Positions 1 through 9,995 of a stretch of 64,000 bases of DNA are shown here, in pieces (the stretch's first letter is position 1; the number at the start of each line of letters is the position of its first letter). Source of the DNA: Candidatus Cloacimonadales bacterium (lineage in GTDB: Bacteria; Cloacimonadota; Cloacimonadia; Cloacimonadales; JAIOQZ01); NCBI GenBank assembly GCA_963662655.2, contig CAXXTU010000002.1, positions 1,472,001 to 1,536,000 on the forward strand. Direction: 5' to 3'. The notes under the pieces are model-generated. The model saw nothing but the letters and a program-made list of their open reading frames with translations, was not told where the DNA came from and did no database searches. Made by a program: the position numbers and the translations under genes.

Positions 1-1
1 C

Positions 2-1467
2 CCGATCGGAAGTATCGCTCTTCCCTTTTCCGGAGTCTATGATGGAAACGACTACACCATCAGCGTATTATCGATTCATCGAACGGGTAGCCCGTACATT
101 GGCATGTTCGGTGTTTGTACGAGCGATGCCGTGCTTACAAATATAGTCATTGAACAAGCCACCGTAGAAGGAAGCGGTTATGTTGGTATCCTTTGTGGCT
201 CGAATGAAGGTATTGTTACAGCCTGCATGTGCTCGGGAATCTGCGATAGCAACGACGACCATATTGGAGGAATGGTTGGAATGAATAGCGGTGGCGAGAT
301 TATTAACTGCGAGATGACAGGGCGGATTCGTTGTGCGTTTTTTTCTTTTCACGTGGGCGGACTTGTGGGCTCCAATACGGATAATGGAGTCATTCGGTAT
401 TGCTCCACCAATGTCGAAGTAACAAGCCCCAACGCTGTAGGAGGCTTAGTAGGCTTCAACGATACAGGTGGATTGATTGAGGGTTGCGTTACCCGGGGAT
501 CCATCGACGAAGGATACCCGGCAGGTGGCTTGGTCGGAGAAAACAGAACGATTATTCGCAATTGTATCAGCTATACCTCCGTAAATTCCACTTACAATTG
601 GGCAGGAGGTTTGGTCGGGTGCAACTATGAAAACGCAGCTATCGAGAAGTGTCAGAGTTTTGGGAACGTTCATAGCACAGGTGTATGCGTCGGGGGACTG
701 ATTGGAATGAATGCTAGTTGCTCCGTTATATCTGAGTGCAGTAGTTCCGGGACAGTTGATGGCAATGTATGGGTTGGCGGATTGATCGGATACACCGACG
801 CGGATATCATCAATTGCTACAGCCGTGGTCAGGTATCTGGAGAAACCTATGTCGGTGGCCTGGTGGGAACGATAGACACATTATGTACCGTCTCCAACTG
901 CTACAGCACGGGTGCGGTTACCGGAGATTCGCTTGTAGGCGGACTCGTGGGACAATCGCTTACGGGAACGGTGCAAAACTCCTACTGGAATACGGAAGCA
1001 TCCGGCCAGGACACCTCCGCAGGTGGTGAAGGCCGAACAACAGAGCAGATGACCACACCGCCTTACGCCATGACCTATCTGGACTGGGATTTCGAGGACG
1101 TATGGGCCGATGACGACCTCAACGTCAACGGCGGATTTCCCGTACTGGTAAACACGCCCGTATCGAATGGCGAGGAGACGAGCAGCGCGCCGTCACCCAT
1201 TTCGCTGAAGGTCTTCCCGAATCCGTTCAACCCGAGCACATCGGTGAGCTTCTCTCTCGCGCAGCCCTCGCAGGTGGCAATCGACGTTTTCAACATCCGT
1301 GGGCAGAAGGTGCGCAGGGTGGTCAATCAAAGTTCGAAGCGGGTAATCATCAATTGAGCTGGAACGGCAGAAACGATGGCGGAAAAACGGTCGCCAGCGG
1401 AATCTATCTGATCCGGCTTGAAACAGGGAAAGATGCGCGCACAACGAAGGCGTTATTGCTGAAATAA
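2..1467 (+). CDS. Secreted GLUG-repeat protein with FlgD-Ig/T9SS-like C-terminal sorting domain (5'-truncated by window; apparent 1-nt frameshift near 1330)
   Basis: Frame 2 is open from the window start, with many 'VGGLVG.N' GLUG-type repeats. 'VFPNPFNPSTS...NIRGQKV' runs to a stop at 1357. The rest of the tail (KFEAGNHQLSWNGRNDGGKTVASGIYLIRLE...ALLLK*) continues in the -1 frame to TAA at 1465-1467. Confidence 0.8.
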
Positions 1468-1512
1468 CCTGATTGCGCTCTTAGAAAATGCCTCTATCGG
1501 AAAATCGTTTAA

Positions 1513-2295
1513 CTAATCCCGATAGCAGCATTTACTGGCATCTTTCTTCGAGCACTGACGGATACAACGGCGACACTGAATGCAGTTCGGGCTCTCGATA
1601 GTCTCCAGATACCCGATATCGATTTGCATCGGGCAGTAGTTCATGCAGTTGAAGCAGTTCAGACTCGTCTGAATATTGCGGTAAATCTTGAGTCGCTTGA
1701 TTCCGAAGAATTTTCCCAGGTATTCCATCACGTTCATCAGCGCACCGAACGGGCACAGATAGCGGCAGAAAAAGCGCTCGATGTACAATCCGCCAATCAG
1801 AAGAGCAATCAGCGTTATAACTCCGGGAATCGCTATGCGCAACGGTTGCGAGAACGTCAGCACGGGGCAGAATCCGAAATACAAACGATGCAATCCGAAG
1901 AACGCGGCCACGATCGTGAACGCCAGAACAAGGTATTTGATCAGCGTAAGGTAGCGATGGAGCCAGTAGGGGATCGGGTGCTTGAATTTGGACTTGTTTC
2001 TTCTCAAGCAGAACAGAAGCTCTTGTATCGTTCCAAACGGACACGCATACCCGCAGAACGCCCTCCCCAGAAACAGCGATGCGACGGTGAATATCAGTCC
2101 CATTATGAGCGCAGCCGGGAAAAAGAGGATATGCACCTTGGGGTTCAAGCCGAACACGCCGAAGCAAACCTGGGAGTATGGGCAAAACTCGTGCGCCACC
2201 CCGTCCGTGACACCAAATGCCAGCAGGGCGATCTTGATCGTTATCAGTAGCAGAAAAACAATCTGCGTAATCTTGCGAATCTTCATCCATTTCAT
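1513..2295 (-). CDS. Membrane 4Fe-4S-binding protein (NapH/MauN/YccM-like polyferredoxin)
   Basis: TM helices with 'GRAFCGYACPFG' and 'RFFCRYLCPFGA' motifs, plus C-terminal CxxCxxxCP and CxxCxxCxxxC clusters. Start taken at MKWMK. Confidence 0.85.
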   Translation of the reverse strand: MKWMKIRKITQIVFLLLITIKIALLAFGVTDGVAHEFCPYSQVCFGVFGLNPKVHILFFPAALIMGLIFTVASLFLGRAFCGYACPFGTIQELLFCLRRNKSKFKHPIPYWLHRYLTLIKYLVLAFTIVAAFFGLHRLYFGFCPVLTFSQPLRIAIPGVITLIALLIGGLYIERFFCRYLCPFGALMNVMEYLGKFFGIKRLKIYRNIQTSLNCFNCMNYCPMQIDIGYLETIESPNCIQCRRCIRQCSKKDASKCCYRD

Positions 2296-2464
2296 AGTTA
2301 TACCTGTCCGGAAAAAAAACAAATCTCGTCTTCGAGTCAAGTATTTTCGGAGCCGGTATTTTCATGCCTGTGAATCGCATTCGTTTTCCCGGTAAATACG
2401 TTGCCAAATTTCTGAAGCGCCATTAATCTGGATTTGAAAGAATATGCAACTTCGGGAGGAGTCC

Positions 2465-4000
2465 ATGAAAAGATTTATCTGCATCCTGATTGGTTTGATG
2501 ATCGTTGCTTCGATGATCGCCATCGAGAAATACAAGGTTCCCGGATCCGTGGAGAGTTTGCTTGCCGACACAAGCATCGGGGCGATGGAACTGTACAACC
2601 GTCTTATAACTTTCAACCAGTTTCCCGACTGGGCAATCCGGGACGACATCGTCAGCCTGACATATCCTGTAAGCGATACGACGAACGCACCGTTTCATGT
2701 AAGAGTTCCCGCCTCTTACAGTCCTAGCCGGCCTGCGCCCGTTATCATTTACCTGCATGGCGGGGTAGGCGTTCCGTACTTCTACGAAGACTTCGAGAAA
2801 GAACTGAACGACTTCGGGTACATGGTAAACCCCTACAGCAAGGAATATATCATTGTGTACCCGCAATCGAAAAACGATTGCGAATGGTGGGACCCTGCAG
2901 GGCAGGATTTGATCATGGGAATCCTGTACTACCTGAAGAGCCAGCTCAATATCGACGATGATCGCATCTACCTGACGGGGGAATCGGACGGGGGCTCGGG
3001 ATCCTATCACATGGCCCTGACGATGCCATCCGCGTTCGGGGCGTTCATCCCCATCATCGGCATGATGACCGTGGGGAGCTACGAGACGCTTTCCGGCGTC
3101 TATCCCATCAACCTGACAAATCGCTCCCTGTATGCCTCCAACGCTGATCAGGATCGCCTCTATCCAGCCGCGGAGATGAGGAAAATGGTGCAACTCGCGC
3201 TGGATGCCGGGGTCAATATCACCTATAAAGAGTTCAACGGGTATGGTCATGACAGCAGCTTCATGGAGAAAGACCCCCGCTTCGCGTTCGAGTTCATGCA
3301 GCGTCATACGCGCGATCCGCTCGCGCCGCATATCTCCTGGGAAGCCGAGACAGCGGATTACGGTTCCTGCGACTGGATATCCATCGCGAGAATCGATACC
3401 TCAATGACCGCTCAGCCGTGGCACGTCACCTTCCAGGACAGCATTCAAAACCACCGACTGACCATCGGTTTCCACATCGACATGGATTACAAGGGCGAAG
3501 GCGTCCGCGTCAGCGCGATCGTCGACGGTGAAACCGTAGCCAACGCAATCGGACTTCAGGCGGGAGATATCATCGTCTCGTTCGACCACAAGAACGTCGA
3601 GAAGAACGATGACATCGAACACTACAAGAGCGAAACGGACTTCGGCAACCCGATCTCGCTGACAGTGATGCGAGGAAGCACAGAACTGACGCTCGAGGGC
3701 ACGCTCCCCGAGGCGAGCTATTTCAACGCCTTTTTCTATCCGAAGAAATCAGCGCGCGTGGATGCCGATTTCTACGCGAACTGCTTCGATATCAAGTCCT
3801 CCCGCGTGAAGGCGTTGAAAATCCGCATCCATCCAGACATGGTGAACATGCTCGATCCGGTGAAAGTCATTGTAAATGGGCATGAAGTCTTCAACGGCAT
3901 GGTTGAAGCCGATCGGGATTACATCAAGAATCAGTTCAGGGATAATTTAGATCGTAAAGCGCTATGGGTTAACGAGCTATACATCCCTGTGCATGAATAG
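2465..4000 (+). CDS. Secreted alpha/beta-hydrolase (esterase/PHB-depolymerase-like) with PDZ domain
   Basis: Signal peptide, 'IYLHGG', nucleophile elbow 'YLTGESDGG', 'GYGH', and a PDZ-like segment 'IGLQAGDIIVSFD'. SD GGAGGA lies before ATG 2465. Confidence 0.75.
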   Translation: MKRFICILIGLMIVASMIAIEKYKVPGSVESLLADTSIGAMELYNRLITFNQFPDWAIRDDIVSLTYPVSDTTNAPFHVRVPASYSPSRPAPVIIYLHGGVGVPYFYEDFEKELNDFGYMVNPYSKEYIIVYPQSKNDCEWWDPAGQDLIMGILYYLKSQLNIDDDRIYLTGESDGGSGSYHMALTMPSAFGAFIPIIGMMTVGSYETLSGVYPINLTNRSLYASNADQDRLYPAAEMRKMVQLALDAGVNITYKEFNGYGHDSSFMEKDPRFAFEFMQRHTRDPLAPHISWEAETADYGSCDWISIARIDTSMTAQPWHVTFQDSIQNHRLTIGFHIDMDYKGEGVRVSAIVDGETVANAIGLQAGDIIVSFDHKNVEKNDDIEHYKSETDFGNPISLTVMRGSTELTLEGTLPEASYFNAFFYPKKSARVDADFYANCFDIKSSRVKALKIRIHPDMVNMLDPVKVIVNGHEVFNGMVEADRDYIKNQFRDNLDRKALWVNELYIPVHE

Positions 4001-4060
4001 GCAGAAAAATCCTTTGCTTTGCGCAACTGTTTTCCTATCTTGTTCCGCAAGGAGTTGAAT

Positions 4061-4741
4061 ATGAAAAAGGACCTCATAATCGTTATCGGAGCTTACGGAA
4101 GCGGAAAAAGCGAATACTCGGTAAACCTCGCTTTCGAGAATCGGGACAATGATGTCGCATTGGTCGATCTCGATGTTGTGAATCCCTACTTCCGCAGCCG
4201 GGAAGTCCGAGACGAGTTCAAAGAGTACGGTATAGAAGTCGTAGGACCGGAAGGAAGCTATACGCATGCGGATCTCCCGATGATTTCCCCGCGGGTCAGG
4301 GGCGCGATCCAGCAGGAAGATAAATACGTTATTCTCGATGTGGGCGGCGACCCGAACGGAAGCCGGGCACTGGCAAGGTTCAAGCAGGAGATCATCGAGC
4401 GCGGCTATCACATGAAGCTTGTCATCAACACGCGGCGACCCTTCACTTCGAACGTGGAAGAAATACTCGGAATGGCCTCCATGCTTGAGTTTACCTCGGG
4501 CCTCACCGTCAACGAGTTCGTTTGCAACACGAACCTGATGGAATTCACCACCGGCGAAGTCATCCGCGAAGGCGTTGAACTGGTTCGGGAGGCTGCGAAA
4601 TTGAAGGAAGTGGAATTCAAAGAATACCTGGTGCTGGAGAAATATAAGGAGCTGATTCCCGAGCGTATCGGAGAAGAGCAACGCCACCTTCTCAAGTACT
4701 ACCTGAGAAAACCCTGGGAGCATTACGAGTCGGCGAAGTAG
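4061..4741 (+). CDS. P-loop NTPase (MinD/ParA/CobQ-like ATP-binding protein)
   Basis: Walker A 'GAYGSGKS', 'DLDVVNPYFRSRE' and 'DVGGD'. SD AAGGAG upstream. Confidence 0.8.
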   Translation: MKKDLIIVIGAYGSGKSEYSVNLAFENRDNDVALVDLDVVNPYFRSREVRDEFKEYGIEVVGPEGSYTHADLPMISPRVRGAIQQEDKYVILDVGGDPNGSRALARFKQEIIERGYHMKLVINTRRPFTSNVEEILGMASMLEFTSGLTVNEFVCNTNLMEFTTGEVIREGVELVREAAKLKEVEFKEYLVLEKYKELIPERIGEEQRHLLKYYLRKPWEHYESAK

Positions 4742-4785
4742 TTTCTTACGAATAGTAGTCTCGATTGAGATTCTGTGACGCTTTG

Positions 4786-4808
4786 GAGGGTGATAACGGA
4801 TCACCCTC
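4786..4808. terminator. Hairpin between convergent genes (possible bidirectional terminator)
   Basis: GAGGGTGAT-aacgg-ATCACCCTC is a perfect 9-bp stem. No clear U-tract. Confidence 0.35.
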
Positions 4809-4900
4809 TGATGGGCCTTTAACTCGGAAACTGTTTCCTCTTTGCTTTTGATTCCAATTCTAACAAGCGTATCCGGGATCCACGAAGAACAAACGCGAAG

Positions 4901-6079
4901 TTAAATCAGGCCCACCTCTTTACCAACCTTGTAGAACTTGTCCAGCGCGAAATCGAGCTGCTTCCGGGTATGCGTCGCCATGAAACTGCACCGGATGAGG
5001 GTGTCGTTGGGCGCGACGGCAGGCGGAATCACAGGATTGATAAAAACGCCTTCCTCGTCGAGTCGCTTCCAGAGATGGAAAGCCGTCATCATTTCGCCCA
5101 CGTGCAGCGGGATCACCGGTGTGTTGGAGTATCCTGTATCGTAGCCCATCTCCTTGAAAGATTTGAGCATGTAGTTGGTGTTTTCCCAGAGCTTCTCGAT
5201 GCGTTCGGGCTCGCTCTTGATGATATTGAGAGCGGCCAGCACCGACGCAGCGGAAGCAGGCGGTAAAGAAGCGCTGAAGATGAGCGCACGTGAGAAGTGC
5301 TTCAGGTAATGTATGATATCTTCGTCCGCGGCGATGAAGCCTCCGACGGAAGCCAGCGACTTGCTGAACGTGCCCATGATAACCTCGGTATCGTCCACCG
5401 CGTCGAAATAGCGCGCGCAGCCTGCACCGCTTTCGTGCAGAACGCCCAGCGAATGTGCCTCGTCGATCATGAGCCCGAAATTGTACTTCTTCTTGAGCTC
5501 GAGAATCCGCGGGATATCGGCGATGTCTCCCTCCATGCTGAAAACGCCGTCGACCACGATGAGCGAATTTGCGCCCTCGGTCTTCTGAAGCGTCTTTTCG
5601 AGACTCTCGATATCGTTGTGGTTATAGCGCAGCATCTTCCCCATGGAGAGCCTGCACCCGTCGATAATGGAAGCGTGATCGAGCTTGTCCGTTACAATGT
5701 ACTCACCCTTGTTCACCAGTGCAGAGATGCAGCCTACATTCGCCTGATAACCCGTGGCGAAAACCAGCGCGGCATCCTTTCCCACAAATTCCGCCAGCTT
5801 CTGCTCGAGCTCGATGTGAATATCGAGTGTGCCGTTGAGAAACCGCGAACCGGCGCAACCGGAGCCGTACTTGTCGATGGCGTCCTGCGCGGCTTTCTTC
5901 ACTTTGGGGTGGGTGGTCAGGCCGAGGTAGCTGTTGGAGCCCATCATCAGCATCTTCTTGCCGTTGACGAGCACCTCGGTCTCCTGCTCCGTCGAAATAA
6001 CGCGGAAATAAGGGTAATAGCCCAACGCCATGACTTCCCGGGCTTTCTGGAAACTGTAACACTTTGAAACAATACTCAT
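4901..6079 (-). CDS. spt: Serine palmitoyltransferase-like alpha-oxoamine synthase (PLP, BioF/Kbl/SPT family)
   Basis: 'GYYPYFR', 'GSNSYLGL', 'GCAGSRFLNGT', 'DGVFSMEGD', 'DEAH', 'GTFSKS' and 'IFSAS' match the Bacteroidota SPT pattern as I recall it. Confidence 0.7.
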   Translation of the reverse strand: MSIVSKCYSFQKAREVMALGYYPYFRVISTEQETEVLVNGKKMLMMGSNSYLGLTTHPKVKKAAQDAIDKYGSGCAGSRFLNGTLDIHIELEQKLAEFVGKDAALVFATGYQANVGCISALVNKGEYIVTDKLDHASIIDGCRLSMGKMLRYNHNDIESLEKTLQKTEGANSLIVVDGVFSMEGDIADIPRILELKKKYNFGLMIDEAHSLGVLHESGAGCARYFDAVDDTEVIMGTFSKSLASVGGFIAADEDIIHYLKHFSRALIFSASLPPASAASVLAALNIIKSEPERIEKLWENTNYMLKSFKEMGYDTGYSNTPVIPLHVGEMMTAFHLWKRLDEEGVFINPVIPPAVAPNDTLIRCSFMATHTRKQLDFALDKFYKVGKEVGLI

Positions 6080-6093
6080 AGCAAATCCATTTG

Positions 6094-7161
6094 TTAGATG
6101 ATTTCAAACTCTTTCAGGTTTCTATACATGACCGTTATCAGTCCCCGCAGTAAGAAGAGAACCGGCACCGACAAAAACATTCCCAAAATTCCAAAGAGGT
6201 ACCCGCCGGCGATGACTGTCAACATTATTACTAACGGATGCATCTCCGTTTTGTTGCCGATAACAATGGGATAAATCAAGTTGTTGTCCAGCGCTTGCAC
6301 CAACGCCATGCCTCCACCGACCCACAAAAGCATGATCGGATTCTGACCGGAGATCAGCACGGACGACATCGCCAGCAGCGCTCCAATCCACGGCCCGAAG
6401 TACGGGATCGCGTTGGCGAATCCGGCGATAAGGCCGATCAGAAGCGAATACTGCACGCCCAGGGCCGTCAGGACGATCGTCGCGAGTATTCCCACGATGA
6501 TCACTTCGATCAGCAGCGCGCGGATGTACGTGCCGATGATCTCGTCGATCTTCTCGACCAGGATGATCGTCATCTCGAAATAGCGGTTGGGAATAACGCT
6601 CAGAAACCAGCTTTTGATCGATTCCTCGTCCTTCAGCATGAAGAAGCCCACGATCGGTATGGCGACAATGAACGACATCAGCGTTATAAACACGCGTACC
6701 AGATCGCCCAGGTTGGAAAGGATGCCGGTAAACTGCTTCTCGAAGAACCCGGTGATCTTCTCCTGCACCTGATCCATGGGAATGCCCAGCTTGGTCTCGA
6801 GCTGCCCGAAGAACAGATCGATCCGGTCAAAAATCTGGAAACGGGCCAGCGCTGCTCCGTCCTTCTGCATGAATTCCTTGTACGATGTCCAGATATCCTG
6901 CGCCTGCTCGATGATCATCGGAATCAGGAACCAGATACCGGCGAATATCAGCAGCATGAATGCGGAATAAACGATGATGATCGATAAAAGGCGGTGTACC
7001 TTCCAGCGCTCAAGCATGGTCGTAAGGGGCTTCAACAGATAGGCGAAAACCACTCCCGCCACGAGGTAAGAGAAAATCCGGGAGTAGAACAGCAGAGCCA
7101 GGATTCCGACAATCCCCAGCAGACCGTAGAAGACGATCCGGACTACTTTATTCTTTTTCAT
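6094..7161 (-). CDS. AI-2E family transporter (PerM-like)
   Basis: Multi-TM protein with 'NAIPYFGP' and 'QALDNNLIYPIVIG..TEMHPL...GG.LFGILGMFLSVP'. Confidence 0.9.
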   Translation of the reverse strand: MKKNKVVRIVFYGLLGIVGILALLFYSRIFSYLVAGVVFAYLLKPLTTMLERWKVHRLLSIIIVYSAFMLLIFAGIWFLIPMIIEQAQDIWTSYKEFMQKDGAALARFQIFDRIDLFFGQLETKLGIPMDQVQEKITGFFEKQFTGILSNLGDLVRVFITLMSFIVAIPIVGFFMLKDEESIKSWFLSVIPNRYFEMTIILVEKIDEIIGTYIRALLIEVIIVGILATIVLTALGVQYSLLIGLIAGFANAIPYFGPWIGALLAMSSVLISGQNPIMLLWVGGGMALVQALDNNLIYPIVIGNKTEMHPLVIMLTVIAGGYLFGILGMFLSVPVLFLLRGLITVMYRNLKEFEII

Positions 7162-7651
7162 CGGTAAAACCACGCAGCTTCTTGTTGGTCTCCACAATGT
7201 TGTCGCTCAGGCGTTTCCCGAGTTCATATACGATCTTCACTCCGATGCGGGGGAATTTGTGGATGAAATCCTGGAAATCGATCTTCGAGACAGCAAAGAG
7301 AATCGTCGGCTGCGACGCGATCGCCGTCGCCGTGCGGTTGGTATCGATGAAGAGCCCGATCTCGCCGAAAAAAGATTTTTCCGGCAGCTCCGCCAGCTTG
7401 ATCGGTTCCGCGTCGCCCTCTTCCAGAACGATGTCGATATTGCCCTGCCTCACGATGTAAAGAACGGCGTGGGGGTATCCTTCGCGGAAAACGACTTCCC
7501 CGGGTTTGTATTCCCGTTGGTGAAGAAGCCTTGAAAATGTTTTAAGCTCAAAGTAATCCAGTTGTTTGAGAAATGCAATCTGTCGAAGGAACTTGGCTTC
7601 GAGCGTCTTGCCGTCCCTGTCCTTCGTTTTGAAGAGGCCAAACAAACCCAT
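7148..7651 (-). CDS. Cyclic-nucleotide-binding domain protein
   Basis: 'GEVVFREG', 'FFGEIGL', 'RTATAIA'. Confidence 0.85.
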   Translation of the reverse strand: MGLFGLFKTKDRDGKTLEAKFLRQIAFLKQLDYFELKTFSRLLHQREYKPGEVVFREGYPHAVLYIVRQGNIDIVLEEGDAEPIKLAELPEKSFFGEIGLFIDTNRTATAIASQPTILFAVSKIDFQDFIHKFPRIGVKIVYELGKRLSDNIVETNKKLRGFTDEKE

Positions 7652-7662
7652 GATCGCTCCTT

Positions 7663-8262
7663 TTAGAGGATGAGGTCAAGTGAATGGGCAACGCCGAGTG
7701 TGAGGGATGTAACCACAACACCGGCGATGATAACTCCTATAAAAATACACAGAATCGATTTCCAGAACTTGAGTCCAAGCAGGTACGCGGCAAACGAGCC
7801 TGTCCAGGCGCCGGTCACGGGCAGAGGGATCGCAACGAACAGAATCAATCCCAGCTCCTCGTACTTCTCCACGACAGCGCTCCGTTTACGCGTCCTGGCA
7901 AACATCCATTCCAGGAATCGCTTCGACCACGCATACCGAAAACCGATCTTCGTGATCCAGTCCAGAAAAATCAAGAGGAAAAATATCGGAACCATATTCC
8001 CCACCACGCTCAGCAGGAAAACCTTCCACCACACCAGATCGAAGAACTCGCATCCGATGGGGATAGCGCCCCTGAGCTCGAAGATGGGTAAGAACGATAT
8101 GAGCAGCACAATAACCTCGGAAGACAACCCGGCGCTCTCGAGTCGGGTAACGAAACGCTGCTTCCAACCCGTTTCCTCAGCATGGTCCTCGGGAACATTT
8201 TCTTCTGCCACAAGCGTAGTACATACAACCAGTAACAATATGATCGATATTAGTCTTGCCAA
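7663..8262 (-). CDS. Small multidrug export protein (COG2426-like membrane protein)
   Basis: 'SFLPIFELRGAIP' and 'FVAIPLPVTGAWTG'. Likely TTG start at 8262 after AGGAG. Confidence 0.8.
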   Translation of the reverse strand: MARLISIILLLVVCTTLVAEENVPEDHAEETGWKQRFVTRLESAGLSSEVIVLLISFLPIFELRGAIPIGCEFFDLVWWKVFLLSVVGNMVPIFFLLIFLDWITKIGFRYAWSKRFLEWMFARTRKRSAVVEKYEELGLILFVAIPLPVTGAWTGSFAAYLLGLKFWKSILCIFIGVIIAGVVVTSLTLGVAHSLDLIL

Positions 8263-8903
8263 CCTTCTTCTCCTAAAAGCGGAACAAACGCACATCCGCC
8301 CCATTTTTCCTGCGTGAATTCATCGCCTTCGCGTGTAATCCGTATCAATTCCTGCACATAACGTGATCCTGCAGGGATGACCAGCTTACCGCCGTCCGCG
8401 AGCTGATCGAGCAGAGGCTGCGGGATCTTTGGCGCAGCAGCGGAGACGATGATACGGTCGAACTCCTTAACGGGCGGATAAGCCTTCTCCCAACCCATGG
8501 TGCCGTCGCCCACGCGGAAATGGATATTCTGATATCCTAATCCATTCAGCGTGCGTTTCGCACGGCGCATCAGCGCGTCGATTCGCTCCACGGTGAAAAC
8601 CTCGGGGACCAGCTCCGCCAGCAGGGCAGTCTGGTAACCGCTTCCGGTTCCAATCTCGAGAACGCGATTATCCGCTTCGAGTTCCAGCAGATTCATCATC
8701 AGCGCAACGATGTACGGCTGGGAAATTGTCTGTCCCTCACCGATCGCCAGCGGATGATCGGCGTAGGAGTGCATCTTGAAATCGTCCGGGACGAAATCTT
8801 CCCGCGCCACCTTCATGAATGCAGCGAGAATCCGTGGATTGTGGATACCTCTTGCCTCGAGGTTATCCCGCACCATGATCAGACGTTGGTCTTCAAACTT
8901 CAT
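8250..8903 (-). CDS. pcm: Protein-L-isoaspartate O-methyltransferase
   Basis: 'GEGQTISQPYIVA', 'VLEIGTGSGYQTA', 'FDRIIVSAA'. Sits directly downstream of surE. Confidence 0.95.
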   Translation of the reverse strand: MKFEDQRLIMVRDNLEARGIHNPRILAAFMKVAREDFVPDDFKMHSYADHPLAIGEGQTISQPYIVALMMNLLELEADNRVLEIGTGSGYQTALLAELVPEVFTVERIDALMRRAKRTLNGLGYQNIHFRVGDGTMGWEKAYPPVKEFDRIIVSAAAPKIPQPLLDQLADGGKLVIPAGSRYVQELIRITREGDEFTQEKWGGCAFVPLLGEEGWQD

Positions 8904-9678
8904 CCGATTCCCCGCTTCCGCCGATGAAATCCAGTCCTTCGATCCACCGATTCACCGGTTTCGCGGCGGAATCGCACATGAAATCCGGGTAAAGGGGCGT
9001 AATCGAGACATATCCTGCGTGAACGCATGCGAAATCGGTGCCTTCCTCGCGTGACCAGTGCTGGATATCGCCGCCAACGAGGTAGGACTTCTCGCCTTCA
9101 TCGTCGATCACCTCTCTGACGAAGTTGCGATAGTGACGATGTCCCGGGCGCGTGAGACGAATGCCTCTGACCTCTTCCCGTGGCAGGTTCGGTACATTGA
9201 TATTCAAAATACTGGACTCGCCGACCTGATCGGCGATGCCTCGATCGAGTAGCTCTGCGACATACCACGCAGCCGTTTCGAAGCGCTGGTCCCTGTAATC
9301 CTGAATGGATACGGCCAACGCCTTCCAGCCGAGAAACATCGCCTCCAGCGCAGCCGCAACCGTACCCGAATACAGGATGTCCTCGCCCATGTTCTGGCCG
9401 GAATTGATGCCGGATATAACGATGTCGGGATTGCCTTCGACAAGCTTCTGCTGCGCCATGAAAACGCAATCCACCGGCGTACCGGTTACCGCGTAACGAT
9501 TCGGCTGTGAACTCTTTACATACAAAGGCTTTCTGATCGTAATCGAATGGGATGACGCACTGCGTTCATGATGCGGAGCGACAACCGTCACGCGATGGCC
9601 GCGTCTTTCAAGCTCCTCCGCCAGCACGTTGATCCCGATCGCGTCGATCCCGTCGTCATTGGTTAACAATATATTCAC
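8893..9678 (-). CDS. surE: 5'/3'-nucleotidase SurE
   Basis: 'ILLTNDDG', 'GTPVDCV', 'SGINSGQNMG...YSGTVAAA'. Confidence 0.95.
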   Translation of the reverse strand: MNILLTNDDGIDAIGINVLAEELERRGHRVTVVAPHHERSASSHSITIRKPLYVKSSQPNRYAVTGTPVDCVFMAQQKLVEGNPDIVISGINSGQNMGEDILYSGTVAAALEAMFLGWKALAVSIQDYRDQRFETAAWYVAELLDRGIADQVGESSILNINVPNLPREEVRGIRLTRPGHRHYRNFVREVIDDEGEKSYLVGGDIQHWSREEGTDFACVHAGYVSITPLYPDFMCDSAAKPVNRWIEGLDFIGGSGESDEV

Positions 9679-9695
9679 AATATCCTCTCACTTCT

Positions 9696-9995
9696 TTAAA
9701 ACAAATTGTTGGTTGCCCATAAGCCAATGCCAATCACGAAAGCGGCGACAGCCACAACGCTGATTATCCAGATGTATCGATCCAGAATGCGCTTGAATGT
9801 CTTCGGGCGGAAATCGTCGAAGCTCGATTTATTCAATAAGCGATAACCCTTCTGCGTTGGATGAATCCACTTTACTTTACCATATTTCGTTACGAACGGC
9901 AGCAGGCCCTTTTTCAGGAGATATTGTTTGTTCTCTTCCGTAATATCCGTTACTTCGTCTGGATCAATGAATCGATCCCTTCTTTGTTCCTTCAT
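9696..9995 (-). CDS. Hypothetical protein with C-terminal TM helix
   Basis: 99-aa ORF in the operon orientation with a hydrophobic C-terminus. Confidence 0.6.
   Translation of the reverse strand: MKEQRRDRFIDPDEVTDITEENKQYLLKKGLLPFVTKYGKVKWIHPTQKGYRLLNKSSFDDFRPKTFKRILDRYIWIISVVAVAAFVIGIGLWATNNLF

Noticed and set aside
1325..1335. Programmed -1 ribosomal frameshift in the GLUG gene
   Set aside because: There is no X XXY YYZ slippery site and no obvious stimulatory structure. A simple indel is more parsimonious.
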